A stretch of 62,941 bases of DNA, counting the filler, from Phoronis australis (taxonomy: Eukaryota > Animalia > Phoronida): the NCBI GenBank assembly GCA_002633005.1. It is 9 parts of 9 records of this genome, joined end to end, with 100 filler letters (N's around TTAATTAATTAA, not from the genome) between each part and the next. Parts side by side here need not be neighbours in the genome. Positions count along the whole stretch, not along the records: positions 1 to 16,747 come from NMRA01001505.1; 8 more parts are not named here. One strand, given 5' to 3'. Numbering within the stretch: position 1 is the first letter of the stretch; each line of letters starts with the position of its first letter. The translations under genes and the position numbers were made by a program. Of this stretch, positions 1-13,068 are shown piece after piece. The notes below the pieces were generated by a model, which worked only from the letters and a program-made list of their open reading frames with translations, searched no databases and had not been told where the DNA came from.

Positions 1-1018
1 TCCATAAAGGCATTTTTAAAAATAATCGCACTTTCCGCCGTTCATACAATGCCTTGGCGTGAATTGTACCCTCAGCAATGCCTTCACTTGAAACAGACTG
101 TGTGTTATCGTTTGCGGTGGTCCCACTCAAACTTAGTTAAGTTGGTGTAGAAGCCACCTTATTTAAATTGCATTCCTTCTGAAAAAGGAAAATTGCTCCA
201 ATTTCTCTCTTACTGTGAGATAATCGTTGTATGAGCATTTGAGTAGGGGTCCCGCGTTTGGACTTATGCCACTGGATCCGCTTCATTAGGACTTGACTTC
301 GCCCTGTTTGGCTAAAAAACGAAAATCGAATTAGACCCCCAAGACTCATAAACTCGGAAATGGAATCCCGTAATACCCAATGTGATTTTCGTTTTAGCCA
401 ATTGAACAAGGTAAATACAGCTAAATTAGCTAACTTTAGTGAATTATCCAAACACATCACCAGTTCGCAATAACAAACGGTGCCCCCATAGAGTTCACTA
501 GTTAAGAGTGGGTGAATGTGAATGTATGCAAATTCCTCCACTATAAATTAACCCTTAAATTAACGAGAGGCGACTTTCTGAATCTTTTTTTACTTTAACA
601 AGGCATTAAACATAACCTAATAGTGACTTGAATTAGAGTAGCTTGCAGCTGTGCCGGACCCGATCCGAACAGTTATCCCGTAGTGTGGGAGCAGCCCTGT
701 AACAATGAAAAAGTATCAAACTCCGGGCAACAAGTGATAAAGAACAGTCTCAAACCAAACTAGTGCCAAATTGCAAAGAAACATGCCACATAATTGGTCA
801 GCTGTAGTGTCGAGTCTTGAGAGTGAAGTTTGGTGCAGAACCCGGGGTCTAATACCTCAGTGAACTCGAAACGCGACGAAAAAATTGGCCAATTTCAAGT
901 ACTCGAATCATGCAGTTTAATTGGTTAAAATCGAGCCTGAATTCGGACTGTCTGAATTCTGACATTAGATACAGCCGACAGACTAGATTGAGACTGTCTC
1001 CTACTTTGAAATCGAACT

Positions 1019-1194
1019 CATGCGCGCACCCAGGGGGGGGGGGNNNNNNNGGGGGTGGGCTGGGGGGGCTCGAACGAGCCCCCATTTGGCGAAGTGGGAA
1101 AAAGGTCCACCTCAGAGAAATAAAAAGTTGTTGGTAAAAGTTCCACCTCGTGAAAATTTCGACCCCCCTACATTTTAGGCTAGGTGCGCGCATG
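1019..1194. mobile_element. MITE with 12-bp TIRs and 5-bp TSD
   Basis: Starts CATGCGCGCACC, ends GGTGCGCGCATG (perfect inverted repeat); GAACT directly on both sides (1014-1018, 1195-1199); internal poly-G. Confidence 0.8.
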
Positions 1195-2519
1195 GAACTC
1201 CAACGTTTTTTTTTTGTTGAGGCACTGAAGATCAGCGTAATTGATTTGGTGCGCACTATCACATTCAAATTCCAAGTGAAGTTTAGGACCTACATGTACA
1301 ACACAAAGTACAGATTTAACGGCATCTAGTCATATTGCTTGGTCGTTATCAAGGGCGATCTTGTATTTGCACGTGTTTATTCCGCAAAAGGCAAAGTTCG
1401 TTTTTATCACGAGAAATAATGTGGATATATTAGTTGGCCCACCGATATTCGTTGCTGTACGTGAAATGTAGTCATCACGATTGTCGAAACAAACGTAAAA
1501 CCTTTTCAGCAAGGGTTGCAGTGTGCCGTACTTTAGTATCTCTGCCGTTGGTTTGAAAATACGCCTCGTTATTTCGCGGATCTATCATTCCAAAGACTCT
1601 ATCCTATGCGTTAGATCTGATAACAAGGCAACGGCCAAGTTTTCTTGTACAGGGATAGCGGACAGAGTTCTACTGAGCTACAATAAGGTACGTAGTAGAA
1701 TCTAACTTAAGGACGAGTCCGTTTTCCACGTATTTCTTGGAAGCGGCATCTTGTCAACTGGCCGTTTTTAAAACATTGTTGATGGCTAATTCCCATCTAA
1801 ATGCCATCTGTGATGTCATGCAGGTATGGCTTGCATTCCAGTTCTTAAGGCGGTCTTTTGTTCTACTTTTACATCGCGTTGGATAAAGTAGTTCGCGTTT
1901 ACTTCGTCATTTCTACACCATTACTCCTAATCTTTATGTAGTAACATCTTGTAAATGATTAGGGTCACTGACACTTGTAAATGTATTCCCAGTCATGTTT
2001 TTGGAATTGGTTGTGACGTTCGTACTAACCCTTCTTAAGAAGTCGTTAATAACGTATAGGCTATCGATACTCCGTCGACGTTCGTTACATTTTATCTCAA
2101 CATTCGACCAAATTTTTCCACGGGATTTTTTATTTATGTTTATTATTAAATGACATCAAACCGATATAGACGCCCGCTTTATAACAGTTATTTATCATTT
2201 CTTGTCACCTTCTCCCACCGCTCATTTCTTTCAAAATATACAGTACATACCATAAGTGTTCAGTCAAAACGACCCGGAAATCTCCGTCATAGAACGGCTT
2301 GGCAAATATCGAATTCATCATCAGAGTAGTCTACCCTCATGACGAGAATGAAGGTAGCGCTATGCCTTTCCGTAACTAAAATTTTGCCACGTTTATAGTT
2401 ATTACCTGACCACTCATTTTTGCTGTTAACAGAATTAGGCGTCAAGATGGAGATACGGTACAGTTTAAACAGAGACGACGATAGAATACTTGATTTCACA
2501 GTTGTATTCTATTCGGGGC

Positions 2520-2823
2520 GTTGAAATGTGATTAATCAACGCGTAGGTTTGCTTAATCAACGTATAATTTTGCTTAATCAGTAATATAGGCTCCAATCAC
2601 GTCCGTGCTCTCAAACCTAAAAATGACAAGACTTTCTACATGAGTGCTAGGCAAGTGACTTTTGAAGAATGTTGCAGTGACCAAATGAATAATGTCGCCG
2701 TTACGTAGTGTACGTAAACTTTGAGTGCACGTAACGAATTACCACCAGGGTAATTCAGGGCGTTGATTGAAAAAACTACGCGTTGATTAAGCAAAACTAC
2801 GTTTTGATTAAGCATATTTCAAC
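2520..2823. mobile_element. MITE-like element with inverted arrays of subterminal repeats
   Basis: Left GTTGAAATGTGATTAATCAACGCGTAG followed by TTGCTTAATCAACG copies; right inverted CGTTGATTAAGCAA copies ending GCATATTTCAAC. Confidence 0.6.
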
Positions 2824-4549
2824 TCACAGAAGGGCATTCCTTTAAGAACCCTATGACGCTTCATAGAATAAGCAATAGTGCGCGCTTACTAAAACTGTCA
2901 TGCTACTGGATGCTGGATTTAGTCAACTTAGCATAACGTGTAAAAAAGAAGTGTCAATTCGTACGTAATGGCAGATCCATGGCGGGTATGGCAGAGGGGG
3001 CTGTCTCTTCGTAGCCGACAGTCTTTTAGCTGTCTCAGCCTGGAGCTGGGAGACGGGAGCGCTACTCAAGAACAAAAACACATGAATTACCTGAGGAATA
3101 CCTAAGGAAAGTAACATGTGTAAATTCTTTAAGGGTCGCATAGCACACATGTGGCGTATACGACAAAGTTGTTACTTGTTCTGAGAAATACTCAATCAGA
3201 CTTTACATTGCGCTTGTTAAAGACAAGTTCCCATCAAACAATGATAATTAATTGATATGTTTGAATCATCAAGTATTTAAATAACTTTTCATATTGCAAG
3301 TATTCTAATTTAACTTCAACATGTTTTTAAAGATAAATTCATTTACTTTGAAACACTTATTCGTTTTGCATGCTATACACATGAATACTGAAAACCTCTC
3401 GAACGATAAGGTGGAGTAAAAAACTCTCTGTAGACGTTCTGTTATAGTTGAAGAGATCTATATCACATACCATTTTAAAACACAATCATTGTGACGGGCT
3501 TTTTGGGAAGATTTTTGTGCTTTGACAGCGAATTTCTTGCGAACTGGGTGACGCAGGACACCTTAAATGGTATTGGGAGAAAGAACAATTCCTCGTGGTT
3601 TGTTGAACCTCTGTTTTGTGTAAATTTATGGAGTTTTCTGTTTGCTATGGACGGCTGAAGTGAAGCACCCGTGGAATTTCTAGTCCGGAGTGTCATACCT
3701 AGTAGTATTATATAGTGTATTAGGGACGATCAGAAGCTGAGGATGCCTGTGTCCAAAGCAGCATACTTGTAGGCCAAGTGAAAATTAATGATAAGGCCAC
3801 AGACATGATGAAATTTATTTCGCAAAGTAACAAGCAAACTCCTGTTCGATCTTATATGATTGGTTTATTTTTTGACTTAACAAACAAGTAAAAACTAATG
3901 ACAACGTAGCAGACTTGGTTTTCGCCAAGCAATAAAACATACTACTGGTCAGGATAACTACTTACACAGGGATGGCGCTGGCAAACTGCATGGTGGTGCA
4001 AACTAGCAGCAAAACTGTCAAGAACTTGAAGTAGTTCATTTTTTCTGTAAACATCATCAAAATGCATCATCTATATTTCATGGTAGCAGTACTTTACAAA
4101 AGCGGATTTGTTTGTTTTAAACTAATAGACGTAGCTTCAGATGGTGGCGTATGGGCCTAAATACGCCCACATACTGTTGGGTATATTGAAAATAAAACTT
4201 TGTACTTATCTGTGATAGAATTTCATAAAAAATGCTGAAATTATAAAAATCTTGGAAGACTCTTCCGCAGAAACTTTCAAAAGTTAGCAGTTTACATTTT
4301 GGTAGCCTACTTCAGTAACTCCTGCCTTTTCTGTAAGACTAGTTAAATATTTTTTCATGTTAGCAATAGTGCATTCTGATGTCGGACATATATCAAACTT
4401 CAAACATCAAGGAATGTGTAAAAATGGTAATTTGCATGCGAGCCGAAGTGTCATCGTTTTTTTGACTCTTGCTCGCTGTCGGCCGGGCTGGGAAATGCTG
4501 TATAATTAGCATTTGACAAGAAAATCTTATCGCGACTAGGGCACATCCA

Positions 4550-4880
4550 GATCCATTTTGACTGTGCTCAATCGTTGACATATGCCTACGTGAATTGAAT
4601 GTTGGTTTAATTGTGCCCAAAATGAATTTTGGGTGTACCTGCAGTCGCAGTTTGGGTACAGTCAAATTGAATTGGGAATACTCAGACCCGGCCACCAAAA
4701 CACAATTCGTGTGAGATGGGTACAGTCAAATTGAACTGGAGCGAACCAGAGAAACTGAATACAACTTGTGTCAGTTGTGTAAGTTGGGTACAATCAAATT
4801 GGGTTGAGGCGTACGCCAGACAACAGAAATTCAGTACATACAAGACGGGTTCAGTCATATTGAATTGGGTTGTGCCTTTA
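4550..4880. repeat. Dispersed TGGGTACAGTCAAATTGAA motif, about 65-bp spacing, with inverted degenerate copies
   Basis: Copies near 4652, 4717, 4786 and 4846; inverted-like copies near 4555 and 4606. Confidence 0.5.
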
Positions 4881-5493
4881 ACTTTGCTCAAATTAAAGTA
4901 GAAAATATATCTGAAACTAAATAAAAATTAAAATCTTTTACAAGTAAATCCGAAATCCTGCACATTTTTCTTATCAAATGTTCATTTCCATGATAAAAGT
5001 TCATTTGAAATAATAACATGCCTATAATTTACAATTTTGCTAGTGCCAAGTGCAGAACATGTCCATAGTAAGCCGAGCAAAAACATACATAAAGCCACCG
5101 CAAACAATAAACTGCGAGCTGAGCTGTCTGACTCAAGTGAACGAGAGATGAGCTAACAGCTCACTTCAAGGAACGGAATGAATCAGTAATTCATTCAATG
5201 AACCAGTTTATTCAATTGCTGTGTTATTTTCATGCCGAACTAAGACTTACCAGGACTTGATGCTAAGGACTGTGATAGAATGTGCCTGTACCTTTTGACG
5301 GCTAACGCTTACAGAGGTTGTATTTGTATGCTGCAATGACGTAGAATAAGTTGTTGACAAGTTACGTACGCTAGGAACGCCCACATTGGTTTAATGCAGG
5401 TGCGCTTGAAACAATAATATGCCGTGAACATTTTCAGGAGTTTAATTAACATTCAAAGTACGACCATCGCAGACGAAGAAATTCGAGCGTCGA

Positions 5494-5850
5494 ATGAAAA
5501 TTAACCCAGCTCATACAGTAGCTCTCGTCTGCGGAAAAAGAATAGCGAGGATTTTGCCTCGCGAAGCGGTATGGCTTATGTCTCACCACAGGAATATAGG
5601 ACTAGAATACCTACCTCGATCACGCGGCTGTGATTGCACCGCGATAATATCAGTCTACATGGTGATGAAGATTGTAGAGATATTCCGCCTTAACGTGGCC
5701 ATTGTACATGTGGGAGGTAACGACCTTTCTCCGTAAAAGATTCAAGAGCGGCTTGTAGGCCAAAAGAAACATGCACAGCAGGCCTTTTAAGTGTCTGTCA
5801 TTCTCGTGTATTCTATCTTGCACAGGTACAACCTGGCAAGATAGACAAGA
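5494..5850 (+). pseudogene. Degenerate SGNH/GDSL esterase-like fragment, probably retroelement-derived
   Basis: VAIVHVGGNDL resembles SGNH block III (GxND); frame closes soon after. Confidence 0.35.
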
Positions 5851-6609
5851 AGGCAAAGATCTTGGACAGTGTGCTGTCGGAGATATTCCAACATTCTCTC
5901 GATATGATGTTCTGGTTCTAAAAAAACAGTGCGCCATGGTTAAGACGAGTAAGGCGCAGAATTGTACCATGCATGTGTACTGAAGTCTCATTTGCCTAAC
6001 TTCAATTCTAACACCAACCCTAACCTAACCCTCAAAAGGTATACTGGTCCTACAGCTAAAACTCCCACTGTATTGTGAGAAATGATAAAATCCAAGATCT
6101 TAAATGTTTATTGAAACTTACGAAACAAATACACAATGTCCTTCAACTACAAAAGCCATGATAGACAAAATGCTAACATAACCAAGGCTACAGAATGACA
6201 CTTTCATGGTAAAAATCAAGCTAATCGATTTCAAAATGTACAATGTTTATTGAAATCCTTGAGCCAAAAATTAAGTAATACTATTCTTTTATTAGACAAA
6301 ACTACGAGAGTCAGAAAGCTACCACAACTCCGGCCACAAATGGCAGTCGTGGATATTTTAATACAAAATCACAGAGAAGTAGTTAGTAAAGAACATAATA
6401 TTCGAAAGGTTAACTGAAAATTGGGAGACAAATAATTACGGTCCCTTAAAGGGGAATGCCACCCGATATGATTAGTCTTTTTTACCGTCTTAATCGGTCT
6501 ATATTCACATCGCCTCTCATACGGTCGACCTTACATTGCCGAGAGGTTTCGCGTTAACCTGTGAGGAAGGCGAGAAACGTCCCCGCGATGTCAGTGGTTC
6601 ATCTGCATA

Positions 6610-6912
6610 GTGATTGCCACTATATTGCAGTGCATCGATCCCGCTTGTCCGAACTATGAAGCTGCAAAGAAAGCTGGTATATCGTTTTTTCGACTTCCTC
6701 GAGAGCCCCAAATGCTTAGGAAGTGGCTCGCGAAAGGGAAGAATGAGAAGTACGCTGTTAATAGCAAGTACATGTATGAAGCCGTGAAACATCTCAGTGT
6801 CTGTGGCCGGCATTTCGTCGACATTGATTTCTCTGACGAATTCTGGCTTACCAAACTATCCATACGTTCCGTTGCCTGTGCATGTTCACAGCGCCTCTCT
6901 GATATTTCTTGA
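6610..6912 (+). pseudogene. THAP zinc-finger remnant of a DNA transposon
   Basis: C-x4-C (CIDPAC), ISFFRLP, conserved W and VCGRHF give a C2CH THAP pattern; no ATG start; TTAA|AGGGGAATGCC possible Kolobok-type terminus at 6446. Confidence 0.7.
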
Positions 6913-8433
6913 TCAGTGTATTCCGGTTCGAACTGATAAACGTGAAACCTAACGAGCCGACCCGTGAAGTCTTCGTCTGATGAGCTCTCGACTAAGTCGG
7001 GATTGGCGCAGGGCGAGTTGCCACGTAGACGTTTATTATTCTGCGTTCTCTTTCAAAATGAATTATTCTCACCCTAACCAATGCTTGTATAAAACTGAAA
7101 CTAAGTCTGTCTAATTAGTTACAATTTGTAATGCCGTTGGAGTATTCGTGAGTGCAAATGTTTTGCGAAGCCAGCAATGAATAAACCACTGCGTTACCGG
7201 CTTAGATGCAATAAACTCTTGACCGGGCACCGAGGCCGTGTGAGCGCATGCTAATTCAGTGCTTGATGACAGAAAGCTGTTGTGAAACAATAACTCGATT
7301 TTATATGCTATGGTTACATGTTAGGGGAAACTTTATTTAGACGTACAAATACATTATTCAAATCATTGTTACTGTACAACCTTTGCCCTGACGGTTCTGT
7401 ACCGGGAGGGGAACCTGACGTCGCGTAAGTAGAATTTCAGTTTCGGGGCTAATTCATCTAAATAATTACTTTATAATAATAATTATTTTATTTTTTGGTT
7501 CACTATTATAGTCTTTTCGTGACTGGAGGTTTAGTTTCCAACTTAAGCTGGTTTATGTTCGTGATGTCCAGTCCCGGCGGCCGCAACGGGCCTGATCGGG
7601 TTCCCAGCCACTGGCGGGGAGTAACAAGGGTTTTGTGTGTTTAGAACTGAAAAAATTGCAAGTCTAAAAGTACAACACATATATAGGTATATTCTCCCGT
7701 CTGTATTTCACGGAAGAATGATTCAAATTTATCACCAATATCAGACCCAAACTCCCGCCACATTTCACGATATCAGTGAGGTCAGAGTGTGAACACTGAG
7801 GACCAAGATAAATGACCGTGGGCCGTAGCTCCAGTCTTTTCATGTCAGGTTAATTTAATTTTTCCTGGGTGGCTAAAATTTGATATTTGAAAAGTCCTCG
7901 CATTTTTAGGTGCACATGTGTGTTTTTATGTTACCCAAATGCAGCAGTTTTAGCGACAACTTGAGGTGAATGCTGCCAATGACATGCTCAGAAATGGGGA
8001 AATTTTACAAGCTCATATTCATTAACATACTGAATGATGAAAAATGAAACTGATACTGAGAAAATCGTCAGTTTTCCAGGACACATAGAGGGACACTGTC
8101 GGTTTTACGACCGAAAAACAAAACACGTTTTGGGCATCATTGTTGGATGAGATAGATTTAAAACCACTCTTAAAATGCTCTAACCTATATCAAGTAGGAT
8201 TGAACTCCGCCAGACTGCGACCGGGGGGGCTGATCTTAGAAAATTGAATTTCTCGCCAATAACGACCCTTAAGTACCGTTTATATGCAGCAGTTGTACAC
8301 ATGTACGTAAAAACACACCATACGCAAACCTGCACCCGTGTGTAAATGTAAATCGGTATTAGAACTCCCACAATTCATTGCTGTGCTTGTCTACTATTGA
8401 GTCGGAACTGACGTGAATAAAGTATTGAATTTA

Positions 8434-9440
8434 CATAGGCGGATTTNNNNNNNNNNNNNNNNNNNNNNNNNNNNNNNNNNNNNNNNNNNNNNNNNNNNNN
8501 NNNNNNNNNNNNNNNNNNNNNNNNNNNNNNNNNNNNNNNNNNNNNNNNNNNNNNNNNNNNNNNNNNNNNNNNNNNNNNNNNNNNNNNNNNNNNNNNNNNN
8601 NNNNNNNNNNNNNNNNNNNNNNNNNNNNNNNNNNNNNNNNNNNNNNNNNNNNNNNNNNNNNNNNNNNNNNNNNNNNNNNNNNNNNNNNNNNNNNNNNNNN
8701 NNNNNNNNNNNNNNNNNNNNNNNNNNNNNNNNNNNNNNNNNNNNNNNNNNNNNNNNNNNNNNNNNNNNNNNNNNNNNNNNNNNNNNNNNNNNNNNNNNNN
8801 NNNNNNNNNNNNNNNNNNNNNNNNNNNNNNNNNNNNNNNNNNNNNNNNNNNNNNNNNNNNNNNNNNNNNNNNNNNNNNNNNNNNNNNNNNNNNNNNNNNN
8901 NNNNNNNNNNNNNNNNNNNNNNNNNNNNNNNNNNNNNNNNNNNNNNNNNNNNNNNNNNNNNNNNNNNNNNNNNNNNNNNNNNNNNNNNNNNNNNNNNNNN
9001 NNNNNNNNNNCACAAAATATAAAACGTGTAATAAGCATTACAAAAAGAAGTAGGTTTCGCGCGCAAACGCTGTGGACCATAAACAAGTAGTTCTCTTAGT
9101 ATAGATGTAGTAGGTAAATCGCGGTGGTGCAGTGGTAACGCACGCGCGCTTTATCCGCCAGGTCGTGAGTTCGAGTCTTTGGTTGTTGCAGTTTTTTCTG
9201 TTTGACACGTTCTCCTTTTTTGCCTTTTTTCTTGGATAATACTTCAGGAATCAAGGAAAATGCTTGATTTTTAGAGGTAAAATCAGAAAAATTTCCTGGG
9301 CGGGAGGGGGGCAAACCCCCCTCCCGACCTCCCCCCATTCGGTGCTATGCGCATCTACAATTGTGGTTCAGTTTGCGCAAATGCTTACACCCGGGCAAAA
9401 TGTTGGCTCCACCCCTTGTGATATCCTAGATCCGCCACTG
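8434..9440. mobile_element. MITE spanning an N gap, 5-bp TSD
   Basis: Left end CATAGGCGGATTT, right end AGATCCGCCACTG (imperfect TIR); ATTTA at 8429-8433 and 9441-9445. Confidence 0.55.
9118..9185 (+). mobile_element. tRNA-derived SINE head or tRNA pseudogene
   Basis: A-box-like TGGTGCAGTGG (9125-9135) and B-box-like GAGTTCGAGTC (9167-9177) at tRNA spacing; no good acceptor stem. Confidence 0.5.
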
Positions 9441-9752
9441 ATTTATATCCATTTAGTAACCACTTTCTTAAAGAGTGTGCAGAAGTTAAATAATTTTTAA
9501 GTCATAGACTACATCTACATTGTTTTTCAAATGATCTCAGCTCCAATCACTGCTATTCGTGATTCTTGAATCTAACTAACGACTCCTTCTCAACTGCAGG
9601 AACACCGTCTATGGCACGGTTCAGGGCTGCGCGATTTTAAATTTAAGACTGAATGAGACTCTGTGATCTTGTGAAGACTGGCAGGGACATTTAGTTTCGA
9701 CCCGGCCGTGCGCGTGGTTCCGGTGGGTGAGGTTGATGCTCAACGGTCCTAA

Positions 9753-10037
9753 TAAACTTTTCAGTCGCGCTGTGAAATGATACGACGATGAATGTATCGT
9801 GGTTAATAATCCATCACTATGCCTACTTTATATTCTTTTGAAGTTGCAGGTACGTACTCATTTTTCCGTAAAGACATGTGGGCAATTTTGCTCGACAGTC
9901 CTAAACTTTTCAGTCGCGCTGTGAAATGATACGACGATGAATGTATCGCGATTAATAATCCATCAATATGCCTACTTTATATTCTTTTGACGTTGCAGGT
10001 ACGTACTCATTTTTCAGTAAAGACACGTGAACAATTT
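9753..10037. repeat. Tandem duplication, about 149-bp unit x2
   Basis: TAAACTTTTCAGTCGCGCTGTGAAATGATACGACG starts at 9753 and 9902. Confidence 0.85.
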
Positions 10038-10984
10038 ATCATGCGCATCAAATCCAAACAAAGTGTTTATAAGCAAATGCTCACCACACACTGGTATTTC
10101 AAGTGCAACTGCACCAAACCCTAGGATTGTTTATCGCTACGATTTTGACTGCCTTCTTAAGTGACCAATCAGAACGCAGCATTTTTACACACCTTCCGCG
10201 CCCGCGTTTCCAAGCAGCTATTTTACTCAACAAACAACACGCTGTCGGGTAAAGCTAATTTTACTCTATACGTCAAGAAATTGTGCAATTTGAACGGCTA
10301 AACGGTATTGCTATGACGTGCATGTATAATTCCGACAGCCGTTATGCAGCTCGAGAAGAATTTTCCGTCACTTTTTGGGCAATGTCTAAACCGAAAAGTG
10401 ATGTCAAAGGTGTAAACGATGGATCAAACTGTGTTGACGAACACAAGCGCAGTCAAACTTAACAATGTTGCTTGATAAGTCGAAGGTTAACCGTACTTTC
10501 ACTTTGGTGGTTGTAGTGTAGGTCTATATTATTCTGACTATGGAGGGGTTTCACTTGTCTGACTGGCTTTGTCTCCGCAGCACCTGCTGGACCCAGCGCT
10601 AGCGGTAGTCTCTAGAAAATGTTGTTTTAAAGTAATTTTATTATTTTTTTCATTTATTTCGTCCGCATGGACAGCGTTTTATTTCATATCAAAACCGAGG
10701 AGTATTTTCTTTTTGTTATTCGTACACCCGTAACTAAATACTAAGAATCTTCCAAGACTTAGTTTATTTACAAAATCAATTCAAAGAGAAAACATAAAAA
10801 GCACAGCATTCATGTGCATATCTGTCATACTTTGAAAATAGGTACTAATTAAAATATGGGGTTGCGTACTCTTTTTAACCTAACATTTTAAGGAAGGAAA
10901 CTGTCTATGACCAATTTTGCTCACTTACCAAGTGATATTTTAATTTCATGGCATTTGTAAACATGCGAGTACGTACACTACATC

Positions 10985-11095
10985 ACTGTTTCTGCATTAC
11001 ATGGTAACATGAATGTTCATGAATGAAGAACAAGCTGGTATTGACTGCAGTGCCCGAACAATATTTGATGTCCCGAATCCACCAAAAATGAAGAT
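10985..11095 (+). pseudogene. C-terminal THAP motif remnant, frameshifted
   Basis: MFMN.. then KNKLVLTAVP, 1-nt shift, TIFDVPNPP reconstructs the THAP AVPTIF box. Confidence 0.45.
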
Positions 11096-11929
11096 GTCAG
11101 GGACAAAAAGTTCTCCGGAAATTATATTACAGCTCTGGAATAGGCTTTTTTGCATTGTTGATTATCGTCTCACAAAGCAAGTACTGGAACATCACGTGTA
11201 GAAAACACAATTATAGTCAAAATCTGGTTTTCGTATTTTACTAAGGTTGGTCGGATTGAAACATTTTATGAATGGTTAGCCTGTGATTTGAAGAGAGACA
11301 AAGTGAAACTGAGGGTCTTTTAGAGTCTGAATGGTGGGCTGACATTTTGTTAAACCCAAGCTATCCGTATCATTTTGCTTCTCAATGACAAACACCTCTG
11401 TGAGTAAATTAGTTATCAGCTTCAACGCATTTCCTTGGCAAAAATAGCTGTAATAGCTAGTAAATTAATAGAGAGAGAGAGAAGGTTGGTTAGATTTTCC
11501 TGTTGTATTGATGCATGTGTTGCCAATTTTGTACGTTTTTGGAGATTGTGATTAATTTAAGCCCCAGTTGTGGCTAAGTAACAAATATGATCTTGTGGTC
11601 TAGCTGTAGCTTACCTGAAATATTTACTGTTATTGATAATATGAACAGTGGGTATAGAAAATAAAAATTTTAGTTTTATCATCCAAGTCTTTTTAATTCA
11701 GTTTTGTAGGAAGTTGTGGGGCTAGTGACTAGATCAATCCAAGAGGTAACCGCTTGAAACCAGTCGCAAAATATTCACCGTAAGCCCAGGTATCACGAAT
11801 GAACACTGCCAGACAAATCTAGTGGTGGGTTACCCCCGCCAGACACGCCCAAATACCAGAATTGAGCTAGATCAACCCCTCAGGTAACCGTTTGAAACCA
11901 ATTGCACGATGTTCAGCATCACTGNTACT

Positions 11930-13068
11930 AAAAAAAAAAAAAAACGGGGACCACCACTGTGAATTGCGCGTTTACGTTTCTTTAGTGGACTTTTGTCCCA
12001 TTTTCTCGGACTTTTTGTCTTGTTCAAGCCCCCCGAGCCCCCTGGGTGCGCGCGTGGGAGAGTGCAATCGAGTTTACCCTATGCTGGAATGCCCAAGAAA
12101 TAATGGGATGTTCTAAAATTATATTACGATTTTGTGGTAGTGATGAATTGCTTTCTTCTTCTTACATGTGTAACACCCACTACACCAAACAATTATTCAC
12201 ATTGTTAGTATCCTGGTGCGAAATTGGGTGGAGGTGAAACCAGCAGTGAGCTGGGACCAACATGTTTGTCACTGGTCAGGGGAGCAACCAAAATTTATGA
12301 CAATGGGAATGGCTCAACACCCATGTGGCATACCCCATTGGTTTTTACCTGTTTAGCACTCCTCCCATGTAACCCCCCTGGGAGATGGTCAACACCCATT
12401 TGGCGCCCACACGGTTTTTGCCTTGTACCCCCTTAGCTGTCACCTGTGGGGAATTACCCTCTGAACCCCCAGGAGCAATCATTCAAATTTAAAAAAAAAA
12501 ACGGGAACCACCACTGTGAATTGTGCGTTTCCGTTTCTTTAGTGGACTTTTGTCCCATTTTCTCGGACTTTTTGTCTCGTTCAAGCCCCCCGAGCCCCCT
12601 GGGTGCGCGGGCGTGGGAGAGTGCAATCGAGTTTACCCTATGCTGGAATGTCTAAGAAATAATGTGATGTTCTAAAATTATATTACGATTTTGTGGTAGT
12701 GATGAATTGCTTTCTTCTTCTTACATGTGTAACACCCACTACACCAAACAATTATTCGCACTGTTAGTATCATGGTGCATTGAATAAGGAACACATGCGA
12801 AATTGGGTGGAGGTGAAACCAGCAGTGAGCTGGGAGCAACATGTTTGTCAATGGTCAGGGAAGCAACCAAAATTTATGACAATGGGAATGGCTCAACACC
12901 CATGTGGCATACCCCATTAGTTTTTACCTGTTTAGCACTCCTCCCATGTAACCCCCCTGGGAGATGGTCAACACCCATTTGGCGCCCACATGGTTTTTGC
13001 CTTGTACCCCCTTAGCTGTCACCTGTGGGGAATAACCCTCTGAAGCCCAGGAGCAATCATTCAAATTT
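11930..13068. repeat. Tandem duplication, about 560-580 bp x2
   Basis: Near-identical copies 11930-12490 and 12491-13068; ORFs 12224 and 12803 are almost identical; copy 2 has a ~20-nt insertion near 12780. Confidence 0.9.

Noticed and set aside
137-541. 134-aa minus-strand ORF
   Set aside because: Non-ATG start and no recognisable motif or splice support.
6005-6035. CCCTAACCTAACCC telomere-like tract
   Set aside because: Only about two imperfect units.
8375-9090. ORFs over 200 aa
   Set aside because: Almost entirely N gap; the same applies to 44090-45445.
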